The notes under the pieces were generated by a model, which had not been told where the DNA came from, did not search any database, and worked only from the letters and a program-made list of their open reading frames with translations. 64,000 nucleotides of DNA, from the NCBI GenBank assembly GCA_036786355.1, contig DAIQRI010000008.1, positions 1,919 to 65,918 of the forward strand, given 5' to 3'. This DNA comes from Cellulomonas sp. (GTDB taxonomy: Bacteria; Actinomycetota; Actinomycetes; Actinomycetales; Cellulomonadaceae). Positions within the stretch are counted from its first letter, which is position 1; every line of letters starts with the position of its first letter. Positions 20,177 to 30,804 of the stretch are shown in pieces. The translations under genes and the position numbers were made by a program.

Positions 20177-21421
20177 ATGCCCGCCTCCCGCCCCGTCGAC
20201 GTACTCACCCTGCGCCAGGCGCGGCGCATCGCGCTCGGCGCGCAGGGCCTCGACCGGCCGCGACCGCCGCCGGGGACGGCGATCACGATGCGCCACCTCC
20301 AGCAGGTGGTGATGCGCACCGGCCTGCTGCAGATCGACTCGGTGAACGTGCTCGCGCGCGCCCACCTGATGCCGCTCTACTCGCGCCTGGGCGCCTACGA
20401 CCCGGCCCTGCTCGATCGCGCGTCGGGCACCGCGCCGCGCCGGCTCGTGGAGTACTGGGGGCACATGGCCTCCTACGTGCCGCCCAGCACCTACCGGCTC
20501 CTGGAGTGGCGCCAGCGGCAGTACCGCACCGAGGCGTGGGGCGCGATCAGCGGCGTCGAGCTCGCGCACTCGGGCGTCGTGGCCGAGATCCGGGACGTGA
20601 TCGCCGCGCGGGGGCCGATGACGGCGAGCGAGGTGCACGAGCTGTACGCCGCGGACCACCCGCGGACCACCACGGAATGGGGCTGGAACTGGACGGTCGC
20701 CAAGCGCGCCCTGGAGTTCCTCTTCTTCACCGGGGAGGTCACCTCGGCCCGCCGCAACGCGGCCTTCGAGCGCTGCTACGACCTCACCACGCGCGTGCTG
20801 CCCCCCGACGTCCTGGCCGCGCCCCCGATCGCCGACGACGACGCGGTGCGCGCCCTGGTGGAGATCTCCGCACGCGCGCACGGCGTGGGCTCGATCCGCT
20901 GCCTGGCCGATTACTTCCGGCTGCGCCAGGGGCCCGCCCGGCGCGCGGTCGACGAGCTCGTCGAGCTGGGCGTGCTGCTGCCCGTGCGGGTCACCGGCTG
21001 GGACCGCGAGGCGTTCTGGCACGCGGACGCGCGCCGCCCCCGCGCGGCCACCGCCCGCACGCTGCTCAGCCCGTTCGACCCACTCGTTTTCGAGCGCCGC
21101 CGGCTCGAGGAGCTGTTCGGGATGCACTACCGGATCGAGATCTACGTGCCCGCGGCCCAGCGCGTGCACGGCTACTACGTCCTGCCGTTCCTGGTCGGGG
21201 AGATGCTTGTCGCCCGGGTGGACCTCAAGGCGGACCGTTCGGCGCGCGTGCTGCGGGTGCTGGCGGCGCACCGCGAGGAGGGCGCCCCGCCGCGCATGCC
21301 CGTCGAGCTCGCGGCCGAGTTGCGCGAGCTGGCCGGATGGCTCGGGATGGACGACGTCGTGGTCGCCGCTCCCCGTCGCGGGGACCTCGCAGCGGACCTT
21401 TCCGCTGCGCTCCGGGCGTAA
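20177..21421 (+). CDS. YcaQ-like crosslink-repair DNA glycosylase family protein (DUF1006/HTH_42, QxD subtype)
   Basis: ORF 20153..21421(+). The protein is collinear with E. coli YcaQ as I remember it (LLQIDSVNVLARAHLMPLYSRLG, LVEYWGHMASYVP, LSPFDPLVFERRRLEELFGMHYRIEIYVPAAQRVHGYYVLP). The preferred start is the ATG at 20177, 9 nt after GGAGG. Alternative starts lie at 20153 and 20168. Confidence 0.75.
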   Translation: MPASRPVDVLTLRQARRIALGAQGLDRPRPPPGTAITMRHLQQVVMRTGLLQIDSVNVLARAHLMPLYSRLGAYDPALLDRASGTAPRRLVEYWGHMASYVPPSTYRLLEWRQRQYRTEAWGAISGVELAHSGVVAEIRDVIAARGPMTASEVHELYAADHPRTTTEWGWNWTVAKRALEFLFFTGEVTSARRNAAFERCYDLTTRVLPPDVLAAPPIADDDAVRALVEISARAHGVGSIRCLADYFRLRQGPARRAVDELVELGVLLPVRVTGWDREAFWHADARRPRAATARTLLSPFDPLVFERRRLEELFGMHYRIEIYVPAAQRVHGYYVLPFLVGEMLVARVDLKADRSARVLRVLAAHREEGAPPRMPVELAAELRELAGWLGMDDVVVAAPRRGDLAADLSAALRA

Positions 21422-21543
21422 CCACGCGCGGCGGTTCGCCGAAAACCCGACGGGTACCCCGGATCACGCGGTCGCTCACATACGATGAAGGTTGATCCGT
21501 TCGGCCGACCGGCCGACCGACTCCAACACCATGGGAGTTCTGC

Positions 21544-24444
<2,901 letters not shown>

Positions 24445-24472
24445 GCCGATCCCGAGCCGACCACTCCCGAGT

Positions 24473-24514
24473 TGTCAGCCCGAGCGCCCGGTATAGCCCG
24501 CGCTCGGGCTGACA
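24473..24514. terminator. Stem-loop 1 downstream of secA (15-bp stem, 12-nt loop)
   Basis: TGTCAGCCCGAGCGC (24473-24487) is the exact reverse complement of GCGCTCGGGCTGACA (24500-24514). Confidence 0.5.
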
Positions 24515-24532
24515 CATCGACTCCGTGGGGAT

Positions 24533-24576
24533 GTGTCAGCCGCGGCGCGGTGGGGGGCCCGCGCTGCGGCTGACAC
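24533..24576. terminator. Stem-loop 2 downstream of secA (about 18-bp stem with one G-U pair), related to stem-loop 1
   Basis: GTGTCAGCCGC (24533-24543) pairs with GCGGCTGACAC (24566-24576), and the inner GGCGCGG/CCGCGCT pairs extend the stem. It shares the GTCAGCC...GGCTGACAC(R)TCG ends with stem-loop 1. It lies between the convergent secA and Rv3235-like genes. Confidence 0.5.
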
Positions 24577-24590
24577 GTCGGGGGGTGCGG

Positions 24591-25538
24591 TCAGCCGATC
24601 TCCATGGCGGTGGCGCGCCACTGGCCGCGGTGGGCCTCGAGCCGGACCGCGACGGCACGCACCCGCGGACCGTCCTCGACGATGACGCTCGCCTCGGCCG
24701 CGTCGTCGCCGAGGCGGCACAGCCGGATCCGGCGGATCGCGGCTCGGTGGCTGGTGTCGCGCTGCCCCAGCACGCGCTGGGTCAGCTCCGAGCGCACCGC
24801 GAGCTGGTCGTAGATCTCCGGGGAGACCCAGCGGGCGAGCTGGGCGAGCGGTCGCGCCCCGCGCAGGGCCTCGACGGCGGCCTGGACCATCGCGCAGCAC
24901 AGGGGGATCGGGTCCGGGAGCGGAGGGTGCTGCACCGGCAACGCCTGGCGGCTCGGGCGCGTCGGGCGGTCCGGATCGTCGGTGCCGGCCGGCGGCCGTG
25001 CGCCGCCCGTTCCGCGTCCCGAGTCCCGCGTGGCGGTCGCTCTGGTGGGCACGCTCCGCGCGAGCGCCTCGGGTGATCCGGCCACGGGCGGCGGCCCACG
25101 GAGCGGCCCACGCGCAGCCAGCGGCCGCGCCGGACGTTCCACGAGCGGGGCGAGGCGGGTCTGCGCGCCAGGCTCGCTCGCTCGCACGGGCGCGGAGGCG
25201 GACGTCGCCGCCGCCGCGTCGGGAACCCCCGGGGTCGTCACCCGAGCGGTGGTGCGTTCCGGGGTGGCCCGGAGAAGGGGACCCCTGAGCTGGACTGAGG
25301 CAGCCTCCGTCGGGCGCCCCGCCGCCGGCTCCGGGCCGGTCGATCCGTCGTCCAGGCTGTCGGCGTTGCTCGCACCGTCCGAGTGGTCCGAGCCGTTCGC
25401 ACCGCCCGAATCGTTCGCACCGTCCGCGCCGGACGCCCGGTCCTGCACGACACCGCTGTCCGCGGCGTCGACGTCGCCGGCCGGAACGGGCAGGGCCGCG
25501 AACTCGCCGGTCCCGGTGGAAAGGATCGCGGCGTTCAT
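24591..25538 (-). CDS. Rv3235-family protein: a conserved C-terminal domain after a long low-complexity N-terminus
   Basis: This is the C-terminal part of ORF 24591..26459(-). The start is the ATG at 25538, which overlaps the LysM gene stop as ATGA. The C-terminus reads AVEALRGARPLAQLARWVSPEIYDQL...IRRIRLCRLGDDAAEASVIVEDGPRVRAVAVRLEAHRGQWRATAMEIG, which matches my memory of the Rv3235 family found next to secA. Confidence 0.6.
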   Translation of the reverse strand: MNAAILSTGTGEFAALPVPAGDVDAADSGVVQDRASGADGANDSGGANGSDHSDGASNADSLDDGSTGPEPAAGRPTEAASVQLRGPLLRATPERTTARVTTPGVPDAAAATSASAPVRASEPGAQTRLAPLVERPARPLAARGPLRGPPPVAGSPEALARSVPTRATATRDSGRGTGGARPPAGTDDPDRPTRPSRQALPVQHPPLPDPIPLCCAMVQAAVEALRGARPLAQLARWVSPEIYDQLAVRSELTQRVLGQRDTSHRAAIRRIRLCRLGDDAAEASVIVEDGPRVRAVAVRLEAHRGQWRATAMEIG

Positions 25539-26329
25539 GACGGGCCGCCGGAATCCGCCGGCGGAGCGGTCAGGGACTGGCCGGGCTGGATGTGGTCCGG
25601 GTCCCCGCCGACGACGGCGCGGCTCGACTCGTACCAGCGCGGCCACTCGGCGGCGATGTCGGTGGCGCTGGCGTCGGCCGGCAGATGGTCGGCCGCGATC
25701 GCCCAGAGACTGTCGCCGGGCCGCACTGTGACGGACCCGGTCGCGCCCGGCGGCGCGACGCTCGCCGCGCCGGGCGGGGCGACGTGCGCCGCGCCCGGCG
25801 GCGCCCCCTGTGGTGCGCCCGACGCGCCCGAGAGCGGCGTCTGGGCACCTGCCCCGCCGTCGCCGGCCTGGGTGGCGACCCAGCCGAGGTCGGCGGGCGG
25901 GTCGGCAGGCTCCGCTCCGGCGGGGATCACCCCGGAGGCGAGGCCGACGCCGGCCCCGATCGCGAGCGCCAGGGCCCGCCCGACGACGACCGGCGCGTGC
26001 CGCGCGACGAAACGTTCGCCGGCCGCCCACCGACCGCCGAGCCCCCGCGCGGTGGCGCACACCGTCGCCGCTGCCAGGCCGGCGGCCAACCACCATGCGA
26101 TCGTGGCACCCGCGACCAGCACACCGAGCTCGATGACCTGGTCGACCCGCACCAGACCGCCCGCGCGCTCGGGAGCGAGGAACACGAGGCGCGCGCTCAG
26201 CGCGGCCGCCCCGGCCAGCGCGGCCGCGGTCGACAGCGCAAGGGCGGCCAGCGGCCGGAGCCGCGGACGCCGGACGGGGGCGAGCCCACCCGGCGAAACG
26301 CTGGTGGAACGTTGAGTGCGCTGGACCAT
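25535..26329 (-). CDS. LysM domain-containing membrane protein
   Basis: The 264-aa ORF has GGAGG upstream of the ATG at 26329. It has TM helices, an Ala/Pro/Gly repeat linker, and a C-terminal LysM-like segment (VTVRPGDSLWAIAADHL...DIAAEWPRWYESSRAVVGGDPDHIQPGQSL). Confidence 0.7.
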   Translation of the reverse strand: MVQRTQRSTSVSPGGLAPVRRPRLRPLAALALSTAAALAGAAALSARLVFLAPERAGGLVRVDQVIELGVLVAGATIAWWLAAGLAAATVCATARGLGGRWAAGERFVARHAPVVVGRALALAIGAGVGLASGVIPAGAEPADPPADLGWVATQAGDGGAGAQTPLSGASGAPQGAPPGAAHVAPPGAASVAPPGATGSVTVRPGDSLWAIAADHLPADASATDIAAEWPRWYESSRAVVGGDPDHIQPGQSLTAPPADSGGPS

Positions 26330-26490
26330 CAGAGACCTCCGCTGGGGCTCGAATATTCCGTTTGATGTCGTTTGACGTCGTTCGGTACGAAAGGATTGCG
26401 CGATTGATCCGGGTTTGTCCAGTGGTCAGCCGGCCTGGGGACGGGGGAAAAGTCGCCACGAACGTGCGTTCGGCGTCCTACGGTGGGCCG

Positions 26491-27021
26491 ATGCGGTGGG
26501 AAGCGCTCTTCGCGGACATGGAAGCCCAGCTCGACGCTGCGCAAGCGGCGGACCTCGTGGCCGACGTCGCGGACCTCACGCGGGCCGAGCTGGCGACGGT
26601 CGAGCTGCGCGACCGGCTTCGCGCCGCCCTGGGCGCGCAGGTGGTCGTCGCCGTCGTCGGCGGGGAGCAGGTCGCGGGGGAGCTGCTCGAGGTGGCCGCC
26701 GCGTGGGTGCTGGTGGGGGCGGGCCACCGTCGTGCCCTGGTGCCGCTCGCCTCGGTGGTCGCCGTCCGGGGGCTCGGTGCCCGCTCGGCACCGGCGAGCG
26801 GCGAGGTCGCGCGCCGGCTCGGGCTCGGGTCCGCGCTGCGTGCCCTCGCGCGGGACCGGGTGACTGTCCGGGTGAGCACCGGGGGCTCCGAGCTCGCGGG
26901 ACGGATCGAACGCGTCGGCGCGGACCACCTCGACCTCAGCGCCGGCATCGACGGTCCGCCGGCCGCCGCCCGGCTGTGGGCGGTGCCGTTCGCCGCCGTG
27001 CGCGTGGTGCGCTCGGACTGA
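26491..27021 (+). CDS. Conserved hypothetical protein with no family recognised
   Basis: It is in frame within ORF 26362..27021(+), with the start at the ATG at 26491 (MRWEALFADMEAQLDAAQ). Third-codon positions are GC-rich throughout, which is consistent with coding sequence. Confidence 0.5.
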   Translation: MRWEALFADMEAQLDAAQAADLVADVADLTRAELATVELRDRLRAALGAQVVVAVVGGEQVAGELLEVAAAWVLVGAGHRRALVPLASVVAVRGLGARSAPASGEVARRLGLGSALRALARDRVTVRVSTGGSELAGRIERVGADHLDLSAGIDGPPAAARLWAVPFAAVRVVRSD

Positions 27022-27024
27022 CCG

Positions 27025-27285
27025 CTACGCGGGCGAGGTGTCGTCCTTCGCGGGAGCGGAGTCCTGGATCACGCCGGCCTCGATGCGCCGGCGGGTCTCG
27101 GCGTACATGCGCTCGATGTACCCCTCGAGCTCGGTCCGCTCGATCCGCCACTGGTTGCGCCCGCCGATCTGGATGGCGGGGAGCTCGCCGGAGCGCACGA
27201 GGGAGTAGGCCTGCGCGGCGGAGATGTTGAGCAGCTCCGTCACGTCGGCAAGCGTGAGGAACCGGGAGGACAAGGACATACCCAT
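27025..27285 (-). CDS. Small helix-turn-helix DNA-binding protein (excisionase/MerR-like HTH_17 type)
   Basis: This is the C-terminal 86 codons of ORF 27025..27567(-): M(GM)SLSSRFLTLADVTELLNISAAQAYSLVRSGELPAIQIGGRNQWRIERTELEGYIE. The start is either 27285 or 27279. Confidence 0.7.
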   Translation of the reverse strand: MGMSLSSRFLTLADVTELLNISAAQAYSLVRSGELPAIQIGGRNQWRIERTELEGYIERMYAETRRRIEAGVIQDSAPAKDDTSPA

Positions 27286-27415
27286 AGCCCGAAGTCTGGC
27301 ACGTCGGACCTGCGTTGCTCTGTTCATCCACAGCCCACCCGCCGACCACCTGCACTCACCGACGACGTGCACCCATGATTGGGCCCTGCGAGCGGCACCA
27401 TCCCCGGGGGCACTG

Positions 27416-28075
27416 ATGGACATGATCGTTGCGGAGCCGGTCAGTCCGATCGCCGCCCGGCTGCGCCGGCCGTCCTGGCGGGATCCCCGGCTGCTCGCCG
27501 GGCTGGTGATGGTCGCGGCGGCCGTCACCGTGGGGGCGTGGGCCGTCTCGGCGGCCGAGGCGAGCACGCCGGTCTACGTCGCACGCGGCACCCTGACCCC
27601 CGGCGAGCCGATCAACGCCGACGCGCTCGCGGTCGCGCAGGTCCGCCTCGAACCGAGGGAGGCGGCGCGCTACCTCTCGGTCGCCACCGCCCCGCCGGCG
27701 GGCCTGGTCGTGCTGCGCACGGTCGCCGCCGGTGAGCTCGTGCCGAGGTCCGCCGTCGGTGCTGCGACCGCGCTGGCGTTCCGGCCGGTCGCGGTCGCGA
27801 TCTCGGACGCGCCGTCGGAGGGGGTCGTCAAGGGTGCGCTCGTCGATCTGTGGGTGACGCCCAAGCCGCACGACGACGCCGCGGCCCCGGTGCCGCGCCT
27901 GCTCGCCGAACGGCTCGAGGTGGCCGAGGTCAAGCGGCCCGCGAGCGCGTTCGCGGTCGGCGGCCAGACCACGGTGCACGTGCTCGTGCCCTCCGGGTCG
28001 ATGTCGCAGGTGCTGGGGGCGCTCGCCGTCGAGGGCACCGTCCAGGTCGTCGTGCTGCCCGGCTCGGGCGGGTAG
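27416..28075 (+). CDS. SAF-domain / CpaB(RcpC)-like pilus-assembly protein
   Basis: It is in frame within ORF 27224..28075(+), with the start at the ATG at 27416. It has one N-terminal TM helix (LLAGLVMVAAAVTVGAWAV) and then a SAF-like segment (VYVARGTLTPGEPINADAL). Confidence 0.6.
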   Translation: MDMIVAEPVSPIAARLRRPSWRDPRLLAGLVMVAAAVTVGAWAVSAAEASTPVYVARGTLTPGEPINADALAVAQVRLEPREAARYLSVATAPPAGLVVLRTVAAGELVPRSAVGAATALAFRPVAVAISDAPSEGVVKGALVDLWVTPKPHDDAAAPVPRLLAERLEVAEVKRPASAFAVGGQTTVHVLVPSGSMSQVLGALAVEGTVQVVVLPGSGG

Positions 28076-28081
28076 CGCTAG

Positions 28082-29881
28082 ATGATCTTCGGGGTGCTCT
28101 GCGCGGTACGCGGCGCGGGTGAGACGGCTCTCGTCACGGCGCTGGACGGCGCCGCAGGCCGGGTCACGGTCGAGCGGCGCTGCGCGGATGTCGCGGAGCT
28201 GCTCGCGGCTGCCGCGGCCGGCGTCGGCCGGATCGCCGTTGTGTCGGCCGACCTGCCACGCCTCGACCGGGAGGCGGTCGCGCAGCTGCACGCCGCGCGG
28301 GTCCGCGTGCTCGCGCTGACGCATCCCGCCGGGGGCCAGGTCGAGCGGATGCTCGCGCTCGGGGTCGACGCGGTCGTCGACGACGCGACGGCGGCGGTCG
28401 GGCTGGTCGCGGCCGTCCTCGCGCTGGGCGAGGCCGCGGACGAGGACCTGCTGGCGGGTGCCGGCCCGGAAGCCACCGACCGGGCGCCGGGCGAGCTCGG
28501 TGCCGCGGACCCGGACGCGGCGGCGCCCACCGGCCGGATGATCGCGGTCTGGGGCCCGACGGGTGCGCCCGGGCGGTCCACGCTCGCCCTCAACCTGGCC
28601 GCGGAGCTCGCCGGGTCGGTGGGCGTCCCCGGTCCTGGCACGTCGCCGTCGGGCGGCCCGCGCGGTGCGCTGATCATCGACGCCGACACCTACGGCGGCA
28701 CGATCGCCCAGCTCGCCGGCCTGCTCGATGAGTCCCCGGGCCTGGCCGCGGCGGCCAGGGCCGCGGGGCAGGGCACCCTCGATCTGGCGGCGCTGGCCCG
28801 GCTGACGCCCGTCCTCTCGCCCGGCCTGCGGGTGCTGACCGGGATCTCGCGCGCGAACCGGTGGCCGGAGCTGCCGGCGTCGGCGCTCGAGGTGGTCTGG
28901 GAGATCGCCCGCAGCCTCGCCGCGTGGACGGTCGTCGACTGCGGGTTCTGCCTCGAGCAGGACGAGGCGCTGAGCTACGACACCCACGCGCCGCGCCGCA
29001 ACGCCGCGACGCTCTCCGCATTGGAGGCGGCCGACGTCGTCGTGGTGGTCGGCAGCGGCGACCCGGTCGGGATCCAGCGACTGGTGCGAGGTCTCACCGA
29101 CCTCGCGAGCCTGCCCGTCCCGGTGACCGCCCGCCGCGTCGTGGTGGTCAACCGGGTGCGGTCCTCCGCGGCGGGTCCGCGGCCCGGCGACGCCATCGGT
29201 GCCTCCCTGGGCCGGTTCGCCGGCGTCGATGCCCCGCACCTCGTGCCCGACGACCGCGGCGGGGTGGACGCCGCGACCCTGCGCGGGGTCACGCTGCGGG
29301 AGTCGTCGTCCGGCTCGCCCGCGCGGCGGGCGATCGCGGCGATCGCGGCCGGCCTCGAGCAACCGGCTCGGGCCGCGGCGCTCGCGGCGCGGCTGACCAG
29401 GCAGACTGGACGGGTGCGCATCTACCTGCCGGCCACCCTGCTCGATCTCGTTCCCACCGACGCCGGGGCTCGCCCCGACCTCGCGCCCAGACGCGCGCAC
29501 GCGGTGACCCGCGCGCTTCGCGAGCTGTTCCCCGACGCCGACGAGGAGGGGCTGGAGTTCGCGGCGTCCCTCGCCGCGGCCGACGACTCCCTCGAGCTGC
29601 TCGGCGCGACCCCGGGCGCCCCGCGACGGCGCCTGGTCCTCACCGCCGACGTCGCCGACACCGCGGTGCACACCCGCACGGACGGCGACGACGTGCCGAG
29701 CGCCGTCGAGGTCACGGCCGTGGTGACCTGGGACCAGATCGCGTGCGGGCACGTGGACGAGCCCGGCGCCGCCGACGACGTGCTGGCGGCGCTCACCGGC
29801 GCCGACGCCGCCGTCGAGCAGCTCGACGAGCGTGACCTGCTCTGGTACGACGTGAGCGAGCTCGACGCGATCGGCAGCTGA
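28082..29881 (+). CDS. Ssd/TadZ(CpaE)-like ParA/MinD-superfamily protein with a receiver-like N-domain, an atypical P-loop and a 155-aa C-terminal extension
   Basis: The 599-aa ORF has a pseudo-receiver-like N-terminal region. The MinD/ParA-like core starts at MIAVWGPTGAPGRSTLALNLAAELA, where both Walker A lysines are missing. An acidic extension runs from about residue 445 (VRIYLPATLLDL...LLWYDVSELDAIGS). Confidence 0.65.
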   Translation: MIFGVLCAVRGAGETALVTALDGAAGRVTVERRCADVAELLAAAAAGVGRIAVVSADLPRLDREAVAQLHAARVRVLALTHPAGGQVERMLALGVDAVVDDATAAVGLVAAVLALGEAADEDLLAGAGPEATDRAPGELGAADPDAAAPTGRMIAVWGPTGAPGRSTLALNLAAELAGSVGVPGPGTSPSGGPRGALIIDADTYGGTIAQLAGLLDESPGLAAAARAAGQGTLDLAALARLTPVLSPGLRVLTGISRANRWPELPASALEVVWEIARSLAAWTVVDCGFCLEQDEALSYDTHAPRRNAATLSALEAADVVVVVGSGDPVGIQRLVRGLTDLASLPVPVTARRVVVVNRVRSSAAGPRPGDAIGASLGRFAGVDAPHLVPDDRGGVDAATLRGVTLRESSSGSPARRAIAAIAAGLEQPARAAALAARLTRQTGRVRIYLPATLLDLVPTDAGARPDLAPRRAHAVTRALRELFPDADEEGLEFAASLAAADDSLELLGATPGAPRRRLVLTADVADTAVHTRTDGDDVPSAVEVTAVVTWDQIACGHVDEPGAADDVLAALTGADAAVEQLDERDLLWYDVSELDAIGS

Positions 29882-29888
29882 TCCCGAT

Positions 29889-29942
29889 CCGTAACGTCCG
29901 AGCGTTGACGTCCTATAGGACGTCAACGCTCGGACGTTACGG
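29889..29942. repeat. Perfect 54-nt palindrome (REP-like element, copy 1) between convergent stop codons
   Basis: CCGTAACGTCCGAGCGTTGACGTCCTA (29889-29915) is the exact reverse complement of 29916-29942. The 48-nt core is identical to that of copy 2 at 50399..50454. It starts 7 nt after the Ssd-like stop and ends 12 nt before the hisN stop. Confidence 0.95.
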
Positions 29943-29954
29943 GAATTTCTACCG

Positions 29955-30764
29955 TCAGTCGGCGAGCGGCTCGAGGATCTGCTGGGCGGCGTCGTGCAGC
30001 AGCCCGTTCGAGACCAGCGCCGAGCCGCCGAACGGTCCCGGCACCCCCGCGATCGACGTGAAGCGCCCGCCGGCCTCGTTCACGATCGGCACCAGCGCGG
30101 CCATGTCGTGCAGCGCGAGCTCGGGCTCGCAGGAGAGGTCGACCGAGCCCTCGGCAACCATCATGTGGGACCAGAAGTCGCCGTAGGCGCGCGTGCGCCA
30201 GACCTTGCGGGTCAGGTCGAGAAAGTTCTCGAGGCGCCCGCGCTCCTCCCAGCCGGTCAGGCTGGAGTAGGACAGCGACGCGTCCGCGAGGTCCCCGACC
30301 CCCGAGACGTGCATCCGGGTCGCGGCGGCGAGCGACTTGCCGGTCCACGCGCCCGAGCCGTTCGCGGCCCACCAGCGCCGCCCGAGGGCGGGCGCGCTGA
30401 CCAGACCGATGACGGGCTCGCCGGCGTCGAGGAGCGCGATGAGGGTCGCCCAGACGGGCACGCCGCGGATGAAGCTCTTCGTGCCGTCGATCGGGTCGAT
30501 CACCCACTGCCGGGGACCGTGCCCGGTGTCCGGGAACTCCTCGCCGTGCACCGCGTCGCGTGGCCGGGCACGGGCCAGCTGGGAGCGCACGCACTCCTCG
30601 GCCGCGCGATCGGCGTCGGAGACGGGGGTGGCGTCGGGTTTGGTCTCGATCCGCAGGTCCAGCGCCTTGAAGCGGGACATGGTCACGGAGTCGACCTGGT
30701 CGGCGATCACGTGGGCGAGGCGCAGGTCATCGTCGTAGCCCGATCGGATGGTCATGGGCCCCAC
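29955..30764 (-). CDS. hisN: Histidinol-phosphatase of the inositol monophosphatase family (HisN-type)
   Basis: The 269-aa ORF has IMPase motifs (HGEEF, WVIDPIDGTKSFIRG, and a WDxAA-like HDMAALVPIVNEAGG). Its similarity is to actinobacterial HisN. Confidence 0.75.
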   Translation of the reverse strand: MGPMTIRSGYDDDLRLAHVIADQVDSVTMSRFKALDLRIETKPDATPVSDADRAAEECVRSQLARARPRDAVHGEEFPDTGHGPRQWVIDPIDGTKSFIRGVPVWATLIALLDAGEPVIGLVSAPALGRRWWAANGSGAWTGKSLAAATRMHVSGVGDLADASLSYSSLTGWEERGRLENFLDLTRKVWRTRAYGDFWSHMMVAEGSVDLSCEPELALHDMAALVPIVNEAGGRFTSIAGVPGPFGGSALVSNGLLHDAAQQILEPLAD

Positions 30765-30804
30765 GCTACCGGCGCGCGTGCAGACTCTCCGACGCCGGGG
30801 CGCC

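Noticed and set aside
26355-26385. Direct repeat CGTTTGATGT / CGTTTGACGT in the LysM / hypothetical divergent region, and recurrence of TTGACGTC words across the window
   Set aside because: The repeat has only two short units. GACGTC (the Asp-Val codon pair) is intrinsically common in this genome, so the recurrence is not clearly meaningful.
24591-26459. Single 622-aa ORF covering both the Rv3235-like region and the region upstream
   Set aside because: The part upstream of 25538 is out of frame with the LysM gene (25535..26329), which has a good RBS and a LysM motif. Two ATGA-coupled genes explain the region better than one fusion.
27356-29926. 856-aa minus-strand ORF (and 29905..30186 plus), both beginning MTSYRTSTLGRYG
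   Set aside because: The shared N-terminal peptide is just the perfect palindrome at 29889-29942 read in both directions. The long ORF is antisense to the SAF and Ssd-like genes and is Arg/Gly/Asp-rich without domains.
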